Shown here: positions 26,001 to 39,300 of the stretch, piece by piece | Position numbering within the stretch: position 1 is the stretch's first letter | Layout: each line of letters opens with the position of its first letter | From: Trichoplax adhaerens | Lineage: Eukaryota > Animalia > Placozoa | DNA length: 64,000 nt | Assembly (NCBI RefSeq): GCF_000150275.1 | Contig: NW_002060944.1 | Location: 8,580,159 to 8,644,158, forward strand | Direction of reading: 5' to 3' | The notes under the pieces: model-generated | What the model saw: only the letters and a program-made list of their open reading frames with translations | Database searches by the model: none | What the model was told of the DNA's origin: nothing | Program-made: the position numbers and the translations under genes

Positions 26001-28525
26001 AGGATGTAAGTTCGTCTATAAATTTAATAGGACCTTCTCAGGTTATTTTAAGTTAAGAAGAAATAATCGAATGCATTTTTCACCATTTGAAATACTTGAA
26101 AAACAAGCGTACAGCAATTCCGTTGCTCTATTCTATAAGGTAGTAGTAACTCATTGAATAGGATCTATTTCAAACATTAAAAGATCGCTTGTTGCTTGGA
26201 CGAAGATGAATTCTTTCTTTCCAAGTGAATAGAATATGTTAATAGAAGAAAAATATAGCGCTTTGTTGAGCATTTTCAATTTTGTTTCACCAAAATTAGC
26301 TGTAATTAGGAGAGTGTAAAGGTACTGTATTCTTGCCTACTCAAATGGCTTCAATTTTAAATAAGAGATTAAAATCAATTGAGTTACAAGCCGCAAACTG
26401 GAATATCAAGGAGTATCGGTATATTTTTGATGTAACACACCAACAAAGAATTGATGTAAGTTCTACAATTTCTACCTGGGTCAGGCAATTCCATCATTTT
26501 TGGACTCTATTTTAACTGTATCTCTTATTCAACATTTTTTCCAACTTATCTAACTTAGTTAACGATGGAATTTTACCTATCCTATCCTTCATAAAACAAG
26601 GAATGTGGAATTTCATTCTTAGATAGGGATTTAGCGTGCCCTCCCATCCTTCATCTTTCCCATCACAGAATCAGGAAATGCCAATCGATTACATTTGATA
26701 TTGCAATAACTTGACTAGATTGAATATCATTTTTGTTAATGAGTGAATTCCACTTATACTATCACATGAAGTTTATCTACTGCACTTATCGCTACAATTG
26801 ACAGCGTCAGTAGTAAAATGAATAATTAAAATCATCGATAAATTACTTCGCTAACTTGATAATCTACGCGTACAAGTATAGGGTGGAAAAATCCACTTCC
26901 AAAGCGGTTCATAGGCAAAAACCATATTGGGAATTTTGCCCACTGCTGTGTTTTCACAGCCCGTAACGGTATATCGTTATCTATTGGAGGGTTCAAAAGC
27001 CATTGCTATGAATAGACTATCGGTAAAAATAAAATGAAAGTTATCGCTATCTTATCGTTATTTGTCCAATAAATTTGATACCTCCAGCTAGATAGCGTTA
27101 ACGGATTAATAGTCTCATATTCCCATGATTTTCTAATAGACAAATTAACTTTTACGGTACTAAAAAAATAAAGTTGTTAAATGGCCATCTTTGGTGTTGA
27201 TAACTGATGGAGATATTTTCTCAATTTGTTACTGTAGTGTATGTAATATCAACGAGTAAAACTAACAAAAACAACAACAAGCTAGCAATGAGGGAGAAAA
27301 ATATAGCAACATAGACTAGTCCCATGTTGTAATTCGACTGCAAAAGCAGCCCATGAGTAGAATAAATAATATAGCTAGAATAATTATTCATTCTATTTAC
27401 TATGGCTGTCTGGCGTGGAGTAATTGAAAATGGAATTCCAATCATGACTAAAAATAGGATTGGATCTTTATTATCTATCACTTTTTCGTTTGGAAATAGT
27501 AGCAAAGTAATTCATACCATTTTTATTGCAAGTATCAACAAGATCGAACACAATAGACTTTTAAAGCTATCCTTAGCTTTGAAATTGTATTATCCTCCTA
27601 CTCTAGTTGTAGAACATCTTTATAGGTGATAAAATTGAAGATTGAACAAGATTCAAAATCTAACATGTCTGCCATAGTCAACACATATTACTTTAATTCT
27701 TTTGAGATAAACGACTAGAATGGAGTGCAGGAGAAACTTCGATCCTCGTTGTTTGCGTTTGAGTTGAAAGGATAATAACGATGATGAGAAATTTCAACAT
27801 TACGGTAATCCTTTTTTTAATAACATCACGTCCTTATATTACACTTATTGACAAGATGAGATAGGATAAGGCGCAAATTTCTATATCGACAGTATTTGAA
27901 TCCATTTAACTTTAATAACTAAAACCAAGTTTAAAACTATGAAAGAAAATTATTGAGGATGGCATTTAACTTTGAAAAAAAGTCTGATTGTACACATTAT
28001 CGACTTATGCTTTGGAATAAAAATGATGGTTATGTTTATGGGAGTGAATGTGAATTATTAGTAGACTGATGAGGATTGATTTTAATTTGCTATTCCCGTT
28101 ATCAACGAATCCAACTCAAATAGAAATAGTAAAATCAATACTTTAATCTCTAACTTGACTACTAGTTGTTACTTTAATTTGGTTCTTGACTTGTCTAATC
28201 ATAACACAGTTGGAAAAAAAAAATTTCATGTATCGAATTTTATCTGGCTTTCGTTGTATCAAGGAAACAAGAAGTTAAATTATAATTGATGGTAATTTCC
28301 CTTCCGGGCATTCCATATGGATTAATAATGACCGAAGCTGAACTATTGACTATCGCATAGTGTAGACGTACAGGGGTGTATTTTTGTTGGCAAAGACTTA
28401 CCATTATATTGAACTTGCGATGAAATGGGTTGATTTTTGCCATCTTTCAAGGCACACATTGGAATTTGTCCATAGGCCATGGAGATGATGAAGAAAGTGA
28501 AAATCAAGTGAAGTAAAGGCGACAT
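14086..28525 (-). CDS. Transmembrane semaphorin: signal peptide, Sema, PSI, two FN3, TM, ~440-aa cytoplasmic tail (about 1,240 aa, 11 coding exons)
   Basis: Exon 1 (28402-28525) MSPLLHLIFTFFIISMAYG... splices in phase 1 to the exon topping at 20611. Sema motifs: LIVGAKNAF, CENFVRVLL..LLVCGTNAYQPIC, FFFFRE, FSRVSRICKNDQG, TSFQKARLDCSLPGQYPYYFN, SAICVY. PSI: CQRYKSCEDCLGIKDPYCGW. FN3: VDNLSPGKSFTFEM, QYDYSVRAC. TM at about 15421-15492. Last exon 14086-16946. Confidence 0.9.
20648..20870. repeat. Degenerate ~135-bp tandem duplication in semaphorin intron 1
   Basis: GTTAGAATAA..CTGTT..GATATAATT..CACA..AAATGATT..GTTAGA recurs at about 20648 and 20783. Confidence 0.6.
22425..22745. repeat. Degenerate ~105-bp tandem repeat (about 3 copies)
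   Basis: TTCAA(C/T)ATT(G/T)AG(T/C)GTA.AAT...AGATCTAA.AA...ACTA..ATTA recurs at about 22429, 22535 and 22641. Confidence 0.55.
24303..24358. repeat. 28-bp direct duplication
   Basis: TTCATTTCCTT(C/T)GCTGTCTCCTCTTTAA twice in tandem. Confidence 0.85.
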
Positions 28526-29264
28526 TTAGAAATCGCTGGAAAAGGAGGTGTAATAATAATAGAAAAAAATGGTGGTAAAGCGACGACAACACACGGCGAC
28601 GACGCTCTCGTTAAGGCTAATTAATTCTTCTTTGAAATATACGTAGCGAATAGAGTTGAAATTGTCTTGACGTTAATTTTCACCATCGATAGAAAGAAAT
28701 AAGAGTAGAAAAGCCAATGATTTAGATCATAACCATCATTGAATGGCAAAATGCTTACTACAAGAGTTAATTTGTTTGGTTGTTTTTTGTAGCCACTACC
28801 ACTACGTACCAAGTCAGTTGAGAAATGAAGTCAGAGTGTTTTGACTAGTGATGTAAAGTGATAAAGAGTCGTCAACAGCAAATCATAGGGCACAGCACTC
28901 AATCAACGCCGTTAACCGCTATCGATTATTCTTGCCGAGAGTAAGATCAAAGTACAAGACACGAGTGGAATGAAGTAGAAAGAGTATTAAATTTGAACAG
29001 TGATCGTCGACGTAATTCGATTAGAGATGGGGAAAAAAAGAACTTGAACATAAAAGAGAACAAGGCCCGTCAATGAAGCCAACAATAGGAGGAGCCATTA
29101 CTCACCGATGACAATGGATGATTGAAAACAATTTTGCTATGAGCATATTTGAAAGCTTGCAGTTTGATGATCAAGGTCGCTTGGAGCCTTTGATTCAATA
29201 CCGTAACGATGATAGATAGTATTGTCTTGATGATGTTTTAATCGATCAATAGTATTATCACGAT

Positions 29265-29650
29265 AACGATTGGTTGAAATTATCTCCAACGTATTGAATA
29301 GATGATAATGTTATCTATTCTTATCTAGGCATAGTACAGGTACCGTTAACATTGATTATCATTTCAATACAATCTTAACAACGCATTAGGCTATTTGTTA
29401 GTTGTAGCCCATCGACCAATCAGCGTTGATGGGGCTGTCCAACATCGCCGATGATTAGTTGGAATAATTTCCTTTTGTCGGTGCTTGATCATGTCAATGG
29501 AATGGGGGAGGGTGGCGTCCTTTCTGCTTTTTGCTAAGGCTTTCTAATATAGTGGTAGTACCGGCAGTCAGTTACTACTGTCTTAACACGCAAGGCCATG
29601 GATGGATGCCGTCGCCAGGAAAGAAAGATAAATAGTATTTTGATTGGATG
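29265..29650 (-). promoter_or_regulatory. Probable semaphorin promoter (CCAAT boxes, Sp/KLF GC box) upstream of a likely non-coding first exon
   Basis: GATTGG near 29269 and 29642, CCAATCAG at 29416, GGGGGAGGGTGGCG near 29504. Minus-strand donor G|GTGAGT near 29105 and acceptor TTTTCCAG near 28537, just before the ATG. Confidence 0.45.
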
Positions 29651-32600
29651 TAATACACTATTTACAGTATAGACAAGGACGTTATGTTTGCTACTACTGT
29701 ACTGTATAGTCTACTACAGTAGTAGTTTTATTCCTGGTGGGACATTTCTATGAACCAGAATAAAATAAAATAAAACTACTGTATTAGGTAGTGGCAATGA
29801 TTCTGTTATTATTTTTTTTCCTAAAATCCCTGCTGACGAGCAGCACCATTTCCTCATTTTCGAAAGTACAATCGAACGGCAGGACAAATTGTAGGTCTGC
29901 CTTAGCGTAGTAAGCTGAATTTGAACAAGGTTTAGTGAATGTGGTTAACACGTTGTCGCTAATACTTTATACTTTTACACTTTGACTATAGTACTGGTGT
30001 CGGCTGTACAGTATAGTTTCATTTACTTCAGTAGCCTTGTAGGCTTCTGTATAGTGTACATACGTTGCAGCTAAGCAGTAGTCTACCAAGGCCTCGCTGA
30101 CCCTTTAACCAAGATACAGACACTTAATTAATATGACTCTGCTGTCTGCACTTTGCTCTGCATGATTCGAAACAGACATGAGCTACTCAATCTTGCAAAA
30201 GATTGAAGAGTCTGCGGCGGCAGAACTGTTCCGAATCTCCTTTATGATTACTAAAATCCAACTTTAACTAGCCAATTCTAGTGTACTGTAGAGTACAGTA
30301 TACAGTAGTAGCGCACTTGTATCATACAAGTTGTATTTACCGTATGGCCTCAAGCAACGCCTTGCCAAATTGGTATGTTGCAAAAGTCTTCAATTTTCAT
30401 CATCATGGCAGTTATATAAACTTTTCGAAAATACTCGACTACTAATTACTCTCCCCTTGTCCTGTGGGCGTTAAATGGCATGATCGAAATGGTTAGGCAG
30501 CGGGACAATTTCATGTTAAGCAGTGGGCGCTAAATTGTTAACGCCATCACAGTAAAAGAAAACATGTCCGTACCATATTGCATTGAACCCAAATATTACT
30601 TTCTACAATACGGCACTAATGGACTGCCAGCGCTGATCCTTTTTCTATCGATCTGATAGGCTGGGCTTGCTGAAATTATTGAAATCAATTCTATTTCCCC
30701 TGTTGACACTGACAATATTTATCAAATTCCAACCATGACTACCGTGATGAACATCCCACGGCCATTGTCCTAGTGCTATTTGCATGTTGAACTACAATCG
30801 ATTTTATCTAACGTTGTCAAGGCTTGACAAGTCGATGGATACCACTGCAATTTTCGATCTAAATTTTACACTAACAAAGCCATGATTGACTTTTAATATT
30901 TCCCAAATGATGGTATCATCGTATCTGCAAGTATTGAATCCGTTGTTATTCTACTTGTAATTCACGTCGAATTTTATCTTTTGATGGATGTTGCATCTTT
31001 TTATCTGATAAAGAGAGTTATGTTAGAAATTTAATTAAGGATAAACTTTAAAGCATGCAATCAACTATCTACAGTACTTCATTATAATCAATTTTGATTT
31101 TATTCATGAGTAATAGCCATCACATCATGATATAAGTATACTGCATGTTAAAATTTAATTTAATTTATCAAGATTGCCAACCTGTGTCATCTAATGTGTT
31201 GACAATTAATTTCTTTGTTTATTTCTATCCACCAATTGAATGAGTGTATGATAGATAGGCTTTAAAAAACATAAAAGTGATGCGCGTGTAGGCCACACAC
31301 CTCAATACAATTAATTCTATTTTAGCAATTTGAATCATTGATTAGAGATGATTAAGGATTAATGAATCATCTACCCTGACTCATTTTATTCAAGAAATTG
31401 CTGGAATTATCACCTCCTCATATCGCATTATAGGATACGGTATACTGTAGGTTAAATCCGCATAAGTCTAAAAATTCTCTCTACCGGTACAAAATTTTCC
31501 ATCATACTTGCCTGCAGGCCACAAGTGCAAACGATTACTGTAGTTGGTTACCAACTATTTCCTCCTACTAGTAATAAAAACAATTTTGAAATCGACTTTA
31601 CTGTACAGTGTACAGCGTAGTGAACGCCCATTGTAACGTAGTAGGAGTGCATAAACGCTATGTACTCATAACAGGAGTTGCTCTTATACTCTTATTATGT
31701 TATTATGGTAATTTACTCTCAACCAGCTAATTCACATTCGTCTTCATCGATACAAATGGATTTTCAAAATCTATCCAACATCGAAAATGTCTTAATTTTA
31801 TACAAATGGAAGAATAATTCAGTTGAGCAATTACTTTATTTTCAGTCTAAAAATCCCGCTGAACCTCCAATGTGATGAACGGGAAATCGACATCCATGCA
31901 AAATAGCAATCGCTGCTTTAGCTAGCACTGTAAAGCGATCTATAAACGGATTAATACAAAGAACTAATGTTTATGACGTTAACTTTTATCTACTTAGCAG
32001 ATTCTACTACAGTATATACGCAGTAGTTGGTAACCGTTAATTAATTAATTGATTACGCTTGTATTATGATTTGAAACGGATGTTATAAAAACATTTTATT
32101 TACTCCTACATTCGCTAATAATAATAATTATAAGTACAGTAATGCATTATGCTCAGCTGCACACCAGGGAGTTGGCTAATGCTAATCCAATGCTGTATTC
32201 AATACTATACTGTACTTGTCCTTTATGCTGATTAGATAACGTTTCTACAGGTAGCCGCATAATATGTGTCCTAGAGTATAGTAATACTGCCAATTAGGCG
32301 GCCAATACATCTATTAATGGGCATTTTAATTAATTAATTTAATAGTCAGAGAATCTGGTTGGTGTTGGATATGTTTAGCAAATTGCTATCATAAATGTAG
32401 CAGTTATTGTGGTAATGATTCTCTAAACTTAGCGATGACGGTGATAAAACAGAAATTTTCAACTGTTAGATTGAATTTAGAGCTAAAATTTTAGCCTTTG
32501 GATTAATCATTTCATACTAAATGGATTCATTTCTTGTCTGGTTCAATATACACCCTTGAATAAAATTTTTTAAGAAAATAATTCTACTAGCTAGCGCTGC

Positions 32601-33369
32601 TAATCTAGCAACGAGCTGCTACTAACCTTGTCGATGAGTGCGGAATGGCTATCTAAAGTACAATTACCAACACTATAAATGTTGTATAAAGGCTTTTAGA
32701 TGATTTCTGCCTCCAATTACAGTATACAGTATATGAATTGCAATGCAATCGTATCACATATACAGTAAGTAACGGCGGTAGAGCTATTATTGTGTAATAT
32801 GCCTCTAGACGATCCCGATGAAATGAGTTCTGACTCCACCATATACGAAATCTTATCGTACAAGTCTGGTAGACCTTTTAATAGGTGGTATTACTACCGG
32901 ACAAATTCCGAGGTACTACGAAGATTCTGTTGCTTAATAAATATCGGCCGCTCAGTTATGAATATTTTCAATATTTATGGATATGAATAGGTATCTTTTA
33001 ATAGCTATTAGTTTAGCTATATAACTCACACTCAGCACTAATAACTTGCTTGTGCGATAGGAAAATTACATTGGAAATCGAAGATTCACCTCTATTAGGA
33101 ATTGAATACAGTTGAACAATATGTATTTCAATAATTTTCGAAGCACTCTACGCTTACTAAGTACAGTAGAGTATGAATGAGTTGCAGCAGTAGTTTTGCC
33201 GTTAATGTTGGATATTTTGGCCCTATAGAGCTTATCCAAATACAATCACAACTAACATTGACTTGTAGAGGAAATCTATGGATTAAATTATAAAAACTTT
33301 ATTAGATGTTGTACAGAACTGATCACTTACAATACTACATTCATATCCATCCAATTTATTTTGGATTTG

Positions 33370-36300
33370 TTATCTATCAGTAGCTCCTTGCTCTGTAAAA
33401 GTATAAATACAAGAACGATTTAAAGGCTGAGGACATCGACGTTAAGATATGGAATTACCTATTCCGTATACAAAACGTATCATATAAAATACAGATGAGT
33501 CCCGCTAAACTTAGAACTACTTATCACTTGCAGTGCTCGAAACGGCGACTTGGTTCATGAAGACAATGCAGTTATACTATCTGAATTAACTTACGTCACG
33601 GCTATTTCAACCTTCGTGCCTATTTTAAGCTATATGAATTATTATCAAACCATTGAAATCACTCATGACGACGGATATTTCCTGACCGTAATACGGTTGT
33701 GACATCTTGCACATAAATCTTAGGCTCTTATTATCCTAATGTAAACTAAAAGGTTATCAAATATGCTGTATATCTACGATACATGTGTGTATTGACCATT
33801 TGGTTAACATGCCAAAATTATAACTATTAACATGAAACAGTAAATAAAATAGGCATAAACGATCTCATTTTCCTATCGATGGATTAATATTAACCTGTAG
33901 ATATAATAAGCATAATGATATTGAATAATTACGAAATAATTTACAAAATATAATCGTCGTAAAAAAGCGAAACTGACGCTCCAATGTCTCTCGCATATCA
34001 TAGAGAAATAATTTCAAAGTAAAGGTCCCTTGTTGTTACTTTTTTGCATCACCTACGGTAGAAAAATTCAAGCGGAAATCACATTCTCAGTAAAATCTTG
34101 TTTAACGATGTTTTTTTCAAAATCAACAAATTTAACATTCAAAAAGAGATTGAAGATCATTGAGTTGATAGAGAAAATTAGTCACAAGAGCGCATTTTAA
34201 ACTTTCTGAGTAGATTAATGATGAAACAGATACTTCACAGTGGGTAAATTTACACCCACATTTATTACAATAATTAACTTTACGCCGTCGTTAAAGAAAA
34301 GTAAAATGAGTTACTGGATTATATATAAGGTAAACCATAACTAAATATAGCATTTCACGCCGTTATCAGACAAAATCTACTGAACAAATTTGACTAAATA
34401 CCTTACTGACTGAAGTAGCTTATGAAACTACGGAATAGTATAGAGCGTCAGATACTGTACGTCAACGAAAATGTAATGATCATATTACGAAACGTTTGTA
34501 GTAAGACAGTAAACGTGTATATCAATCCTGCTTTAACCCGATTGAATCTTTACATAAATGGAAGATGCAATTCGTATCAATTTGTATTCAAATATGCACA
34601 CATACATATAGTATAATATTAAGTTGTACTATTGCTATATACGCTTATGTAACGATGCATAAGTGATTGTTAAAATACGCTTACACGTAGAACATCAAGT
34701 ACACAACTAATACCTGCATACCTTCTGAAGACTTTGAGCCACTGCCGTCACTACTACTTCCGCTGCTGCTACTATAAGACCTGCGGCCCCGTTGAGGACT
34801 TAAGGATGGCTTCGCTGAGCTATTACTTGGACTTTTTTGATCTTTTCCATCATGTCTATTACTTCCGTTGTCGCTACTGCTACTACTGCTAGAAGAACTA
34901 CTGGAGCTACGCCTACATCTAGAGAAACGTCCACGGTATTCGCGTGATTCATTCTTACCATCTTTTCTTCGATCTTCCGCTTTGTAACGGTCAGGCGAAT
35001 CGCGACGCACGGGTGATTTTTCCTTTTTATCACTGTAACTGCGCTCTGAAGAACTCTTTGATCTATGATGTGAAGAGGAACTAGTTGATCGCTGTCTAGA
35101 TTTGTAGGGTGATCGTCTAACAGGAGAACGAGCAGATCGCTCAGTTCGTTGGCTTTCTGGATTTCTTCGTGGCGATTGAGACTTGGAATTAGAACGGGCT
35201 GCTCTATCGTATGAGCGTCTGCGGCGACCATTAGATCTTGATCGAGATCTCATCGATCGCTTTCTGTCAGGCGATCTTGAACGGCTTCGCATTCTTCTAT
35301 ATCTTTCATTTGATCGACTTCCAGATCGAGATCTACGATAATCTCTACTCCGTCGTGGTGACCTAGAACGGTCCCTCCTTGAACTGAATCTTTCAGGTGA
35401 ACGACTTCTATCCCTATATCTAGATCCTCCTTGGCGTCTTGGTGATCTAGAACGGCTTCTAGTGTCAGTTCTTTCATATCGTAAATCCATCGCATTTTGT
35501 CCAGAAGAAAACTCCCTAGGCGGTGTTCGATAACGCTACAAATACGTATATACGAATTTGCCCAGAATATAGAGAATAATGGGGTTTAGCAATTTAATCC
35601 AATGGTATCAATGCATTATAGTAGTTTACATATAATTTATAAAGATGAATCTTCGAATAAATATTTACTAGATTTACAAATCGAATCTACTAAGAAAAAA
35701 AATTTACTGATAGCTTACCATGTTACCTCGACCTCTAAGTCTTCTGCCTGTGGAAGATATCTTTAAATATAGAATAATTACTCCATAAGAGTAAATATAA
35801 TTGAAGCACTTCACGTACGTATTAGTAAAATGACTTACCCTTTCTCCACCTTGGTGTAACGGTGGCGACGTACGCCTAGCTATGCCTAGTTTAGCTCTTT
35901 TCTCTCGTACTGGTGAAGGTGTGCGACTGTGTCTCATCAAGAAGGAACTAGTTGGTACATCTGGAATATCCTGAGTCTGACTTTCAGGAGCGGTCAATTT
36001 TTGCTTTCTAAATGACGTTCCAAGCATGATAAAATAAGTGCTCTATTAATGTAGCAGTAAGTTTAAATACTTGATACAAGGTTGATTATGTTTAGCAAAC
36101 GACTATAGCCCTGATTAGGCAGTTACTAATAAATTACAGATTTATTTTAATCGATAGTGTTATAATTTCGGACCAACCAGATCAGATTTCAAATAGTTTC
36201 TACCTTTTTTCTTTTTTCTTTGCTTTCTTCATCTTTTTTAACTTTTTTTTCATTTTTCTTTTCTCTTTTCTTTTCTTTTTCTTTTCCAATCTTTTCAAAC

Positions 36301-39300
36301 GCTTCTTTTCTTTTCTCTGTTCCTTTTTAGATTTCTCCCTTTTTGCTTCGCTATCAGTTGACTCACTACCTGAGCTTTCGCCAGAACTAGAACTATCAGA
36401 ACTTGAACCAGATGTGCTAGAACCGCTTTCTGATTCCCTAACTTCTTTTTGCTTTGCTGCATGTAAGTATAAATATTAACGTAATAAAGAAATAATGAAA
36501 GTGTGTTAATTTTGAACAATGTGTTATCGTCTGGCGCCAATGCTACAAAAAACAAAGTATTTACATTTACTAATCCGTATATAATATAGCATCAGCATAG
36601 CAGTAACTCAGAATTGCATATTATAAATATATTTTATTAATAAAAATTAGATGATGGTTACCTTTTTTAAGTAATACTAATTCACCACAATTCACAATTC
36701 GGACATCTGCGTGTGATCTATGGTTAGAATCAACTCGCTGATTTTCAATCTGTGTAACGATATCTTGACCTCTAATAACTCGTCCAAATACAACATGGAT
36801 TCTGTAATGAAGTTTAAAAATGTTGCTTCGATATCAAATATTTGAATAGCAGCTTTATGCTTAAATGTAAACAAGCCAACGTTCAATATAGGAATCACAA
36901 GGTCATTCTATCGATTGCAAACTTAATGCAAAAATATATCTAACCCGTCGAGATGTGGAGCCGGATTTGTTGTTCTGTTAAGTAAATGTAGGCCAAAATG
37001 AATTAAAAATAAGTGGTTATGTTACATAATACAACGGAAATTGATTTAATATCTAACTCCTGCCAGATAAATTTTGGCAGTCAAATCCATTGCAATACTC
37101 AATGTAATGATAGTTACACAAAGAATTGAGAGCCATTGGTATTTTTTCCGCGATTGGCCATAGATAGTAGAAAGGAATCCTCATGCTTTAAAGTTAAATT
37201 TTCATCTATTTATTATGAATATAGTTGACAATAATTAATGACGACCTCTCTCATGGGTAGGGCTAAATCAAAGCCATCTCGATTTTCTTACCATTAAAAG
37301 TTCCTCCATATATTGATTCACCACCAGTGCCATCACCTGTTGGTAATGCAAACATCAAATGTATGAGTAGGTGTCACAATAAATTGCTAATAAGCAATAA
37401 TTTGGTTGGTATCTGCTTTTCGAACCTAAAATTTGTTTTATAATGAATTAAATTAATCTAAGAGTACAGTATATACAGTAGGCAAAGACAATGTGACATG
37501 ATTAATACCTATACGAAAGTATAACTCCTATTTTGGTCTAATTGGGGTTTATGCATATGGAAGTAACGTATAGGGTTACTTTCATTGTAGACGAAGTACT
37601 GTGCTATAAAATTGAATTTGAATTTTTCATTGTAATTTTTAACTAAAACTATAACTTTATAGAACCGTAATTGGTAGTTGTTGCAATTAAATGAGTTAAT
37701 GGTAAAAACTGGCTTCGTACCATTACTCGCATATAATATTAAAGTCATCATCTTTAAGTAGGATAAAAGGGAGTGATTAGCGAATAGTATAAGTAAATGA
37801 AAAGAAGCTACAGAATCAAGCACTACTCGAGATGATCTATTATCAGTGGTTGTATTCCTAAGCTAACAGATATTCATTGAAAGAGTGATATCGACGTCAT
37901 GCACTACTTATGAAACAGTAACAAGTCTTTAAATATAGTACAACGTGATTTGGGTCACATACTGTACAATAGTGTACTGTACATCTATCTTACGTACAAT
38001 AAATACAGCAACTAGAAGATAACGTTAGTACTACAATTATAGCATCGAAGAAATCATAACCTTGTAACCAACTGAGTAAAAACAAGACTTTAAATTTATT
38101 TAATTCTAGCTCATCTTACAGTATTCATCGTCGATTAATTATTACCTGATGTAAAGTCGCCACCTTGAATCATAAAACCTTTAATGATGCGATGGAAAGG
38201 GGTATCCTTATAATGCAAAGGCTTATACGTAGTCTTGCCAGCTCCTTTTTCCCCTGTAGTAAAGTTGTTAACAATTGTAGAAACGCACGATACATAATTA
38301 TAAAAAGCACACAGAATACTTGTAACAGTTATTATCATTTCCAGTACAGTTATTGCAAGCAATAAGTTAAAATATCGCATTAAACTACACTGCAATAACC
38401 TTGAAAATAACAGTCCACAGTATGTAGAATATTTAGATCTAACTAGCAAACATTTCACACTAGCGCTATGGAAGCATAAGATAAGTAAATTAGCTTATGC
38501 ATTTCCATTTTAGATTCATAAAATGATACTGATATAAGCAGTACTAGATATTAAAATCAAATGCCTATATCTTTTTACCTGTACATAGAGCACGAAAGTT
38601 TTCACAGGTAATAGGACAGTCATCCGCAAACAATTCGAATATTATTCGTCCAGCTATAAACAACATCGTATTTCATGATTAGATTATAGTGTAAGTGAAA
38701 TATAGAATAAGTTTACACGCATTTTATCATGGAACACCGTAAGCGGAAAATAGTTACTATACGCGTATGAGCGATGATGTATAAGTTATTATTTCCGTAT
38801 TGAAACTGCTTTGCTCCAAAAAGTTAGAATAACCGTCGTCGCATGCGATCTCGTAGACTATTCTTTATCCTAGTCCTATTCTGCTGCATGATTGTGTATA
38901 TGGGTATCGTAGTAAGTGGATTAATGCAAGTAAATGCGGATTACTGCTGCAGCCCTCCTCGTTCAGTGCTTATGGAAAATATCACAGCAATGCGTAATTA
39001 GTGTACCCGAGTAGGGAAATAAGACTAGGCCAACCTTGACATGAATCAGATTCATTACAAAAGGTAATCACGCGAGTTATTTACTTTCAGGACGTAGTAA
39101 TACTATCATCTCCGTTTGACTAGGCTGTCAAAGTATAGCAATATACTCTTTATTAAGGTCTATTAGCATTCAGTAAATGTGTAAGTATTTAAATACACTC
39201 AAGCAGTGAATAGCTTTGAGGACATTAACCCTAAATCTGGGGGCTACTTTTGCTATCCCGACCATCAAGTACTGTATTATTATAGCTTGCATTGACCAAT

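Noticed and set aside
27221-27505. Hydrophobic ORF as the semaphorin signal-peptide exon
   Set aside because: It ends in a stop without a suitable donor. The exon at 28402-28525 fits in phase.
30170-30775. Possible small gene upstream of the semaphorin
   Set aside because: Only short open stretches with no recognisable homology or coherent exon chain.
34800-35495. Overlapping ORFs in the PPIG RS exon
   Set aside because: Alternate frames of low-complexity RS codons.
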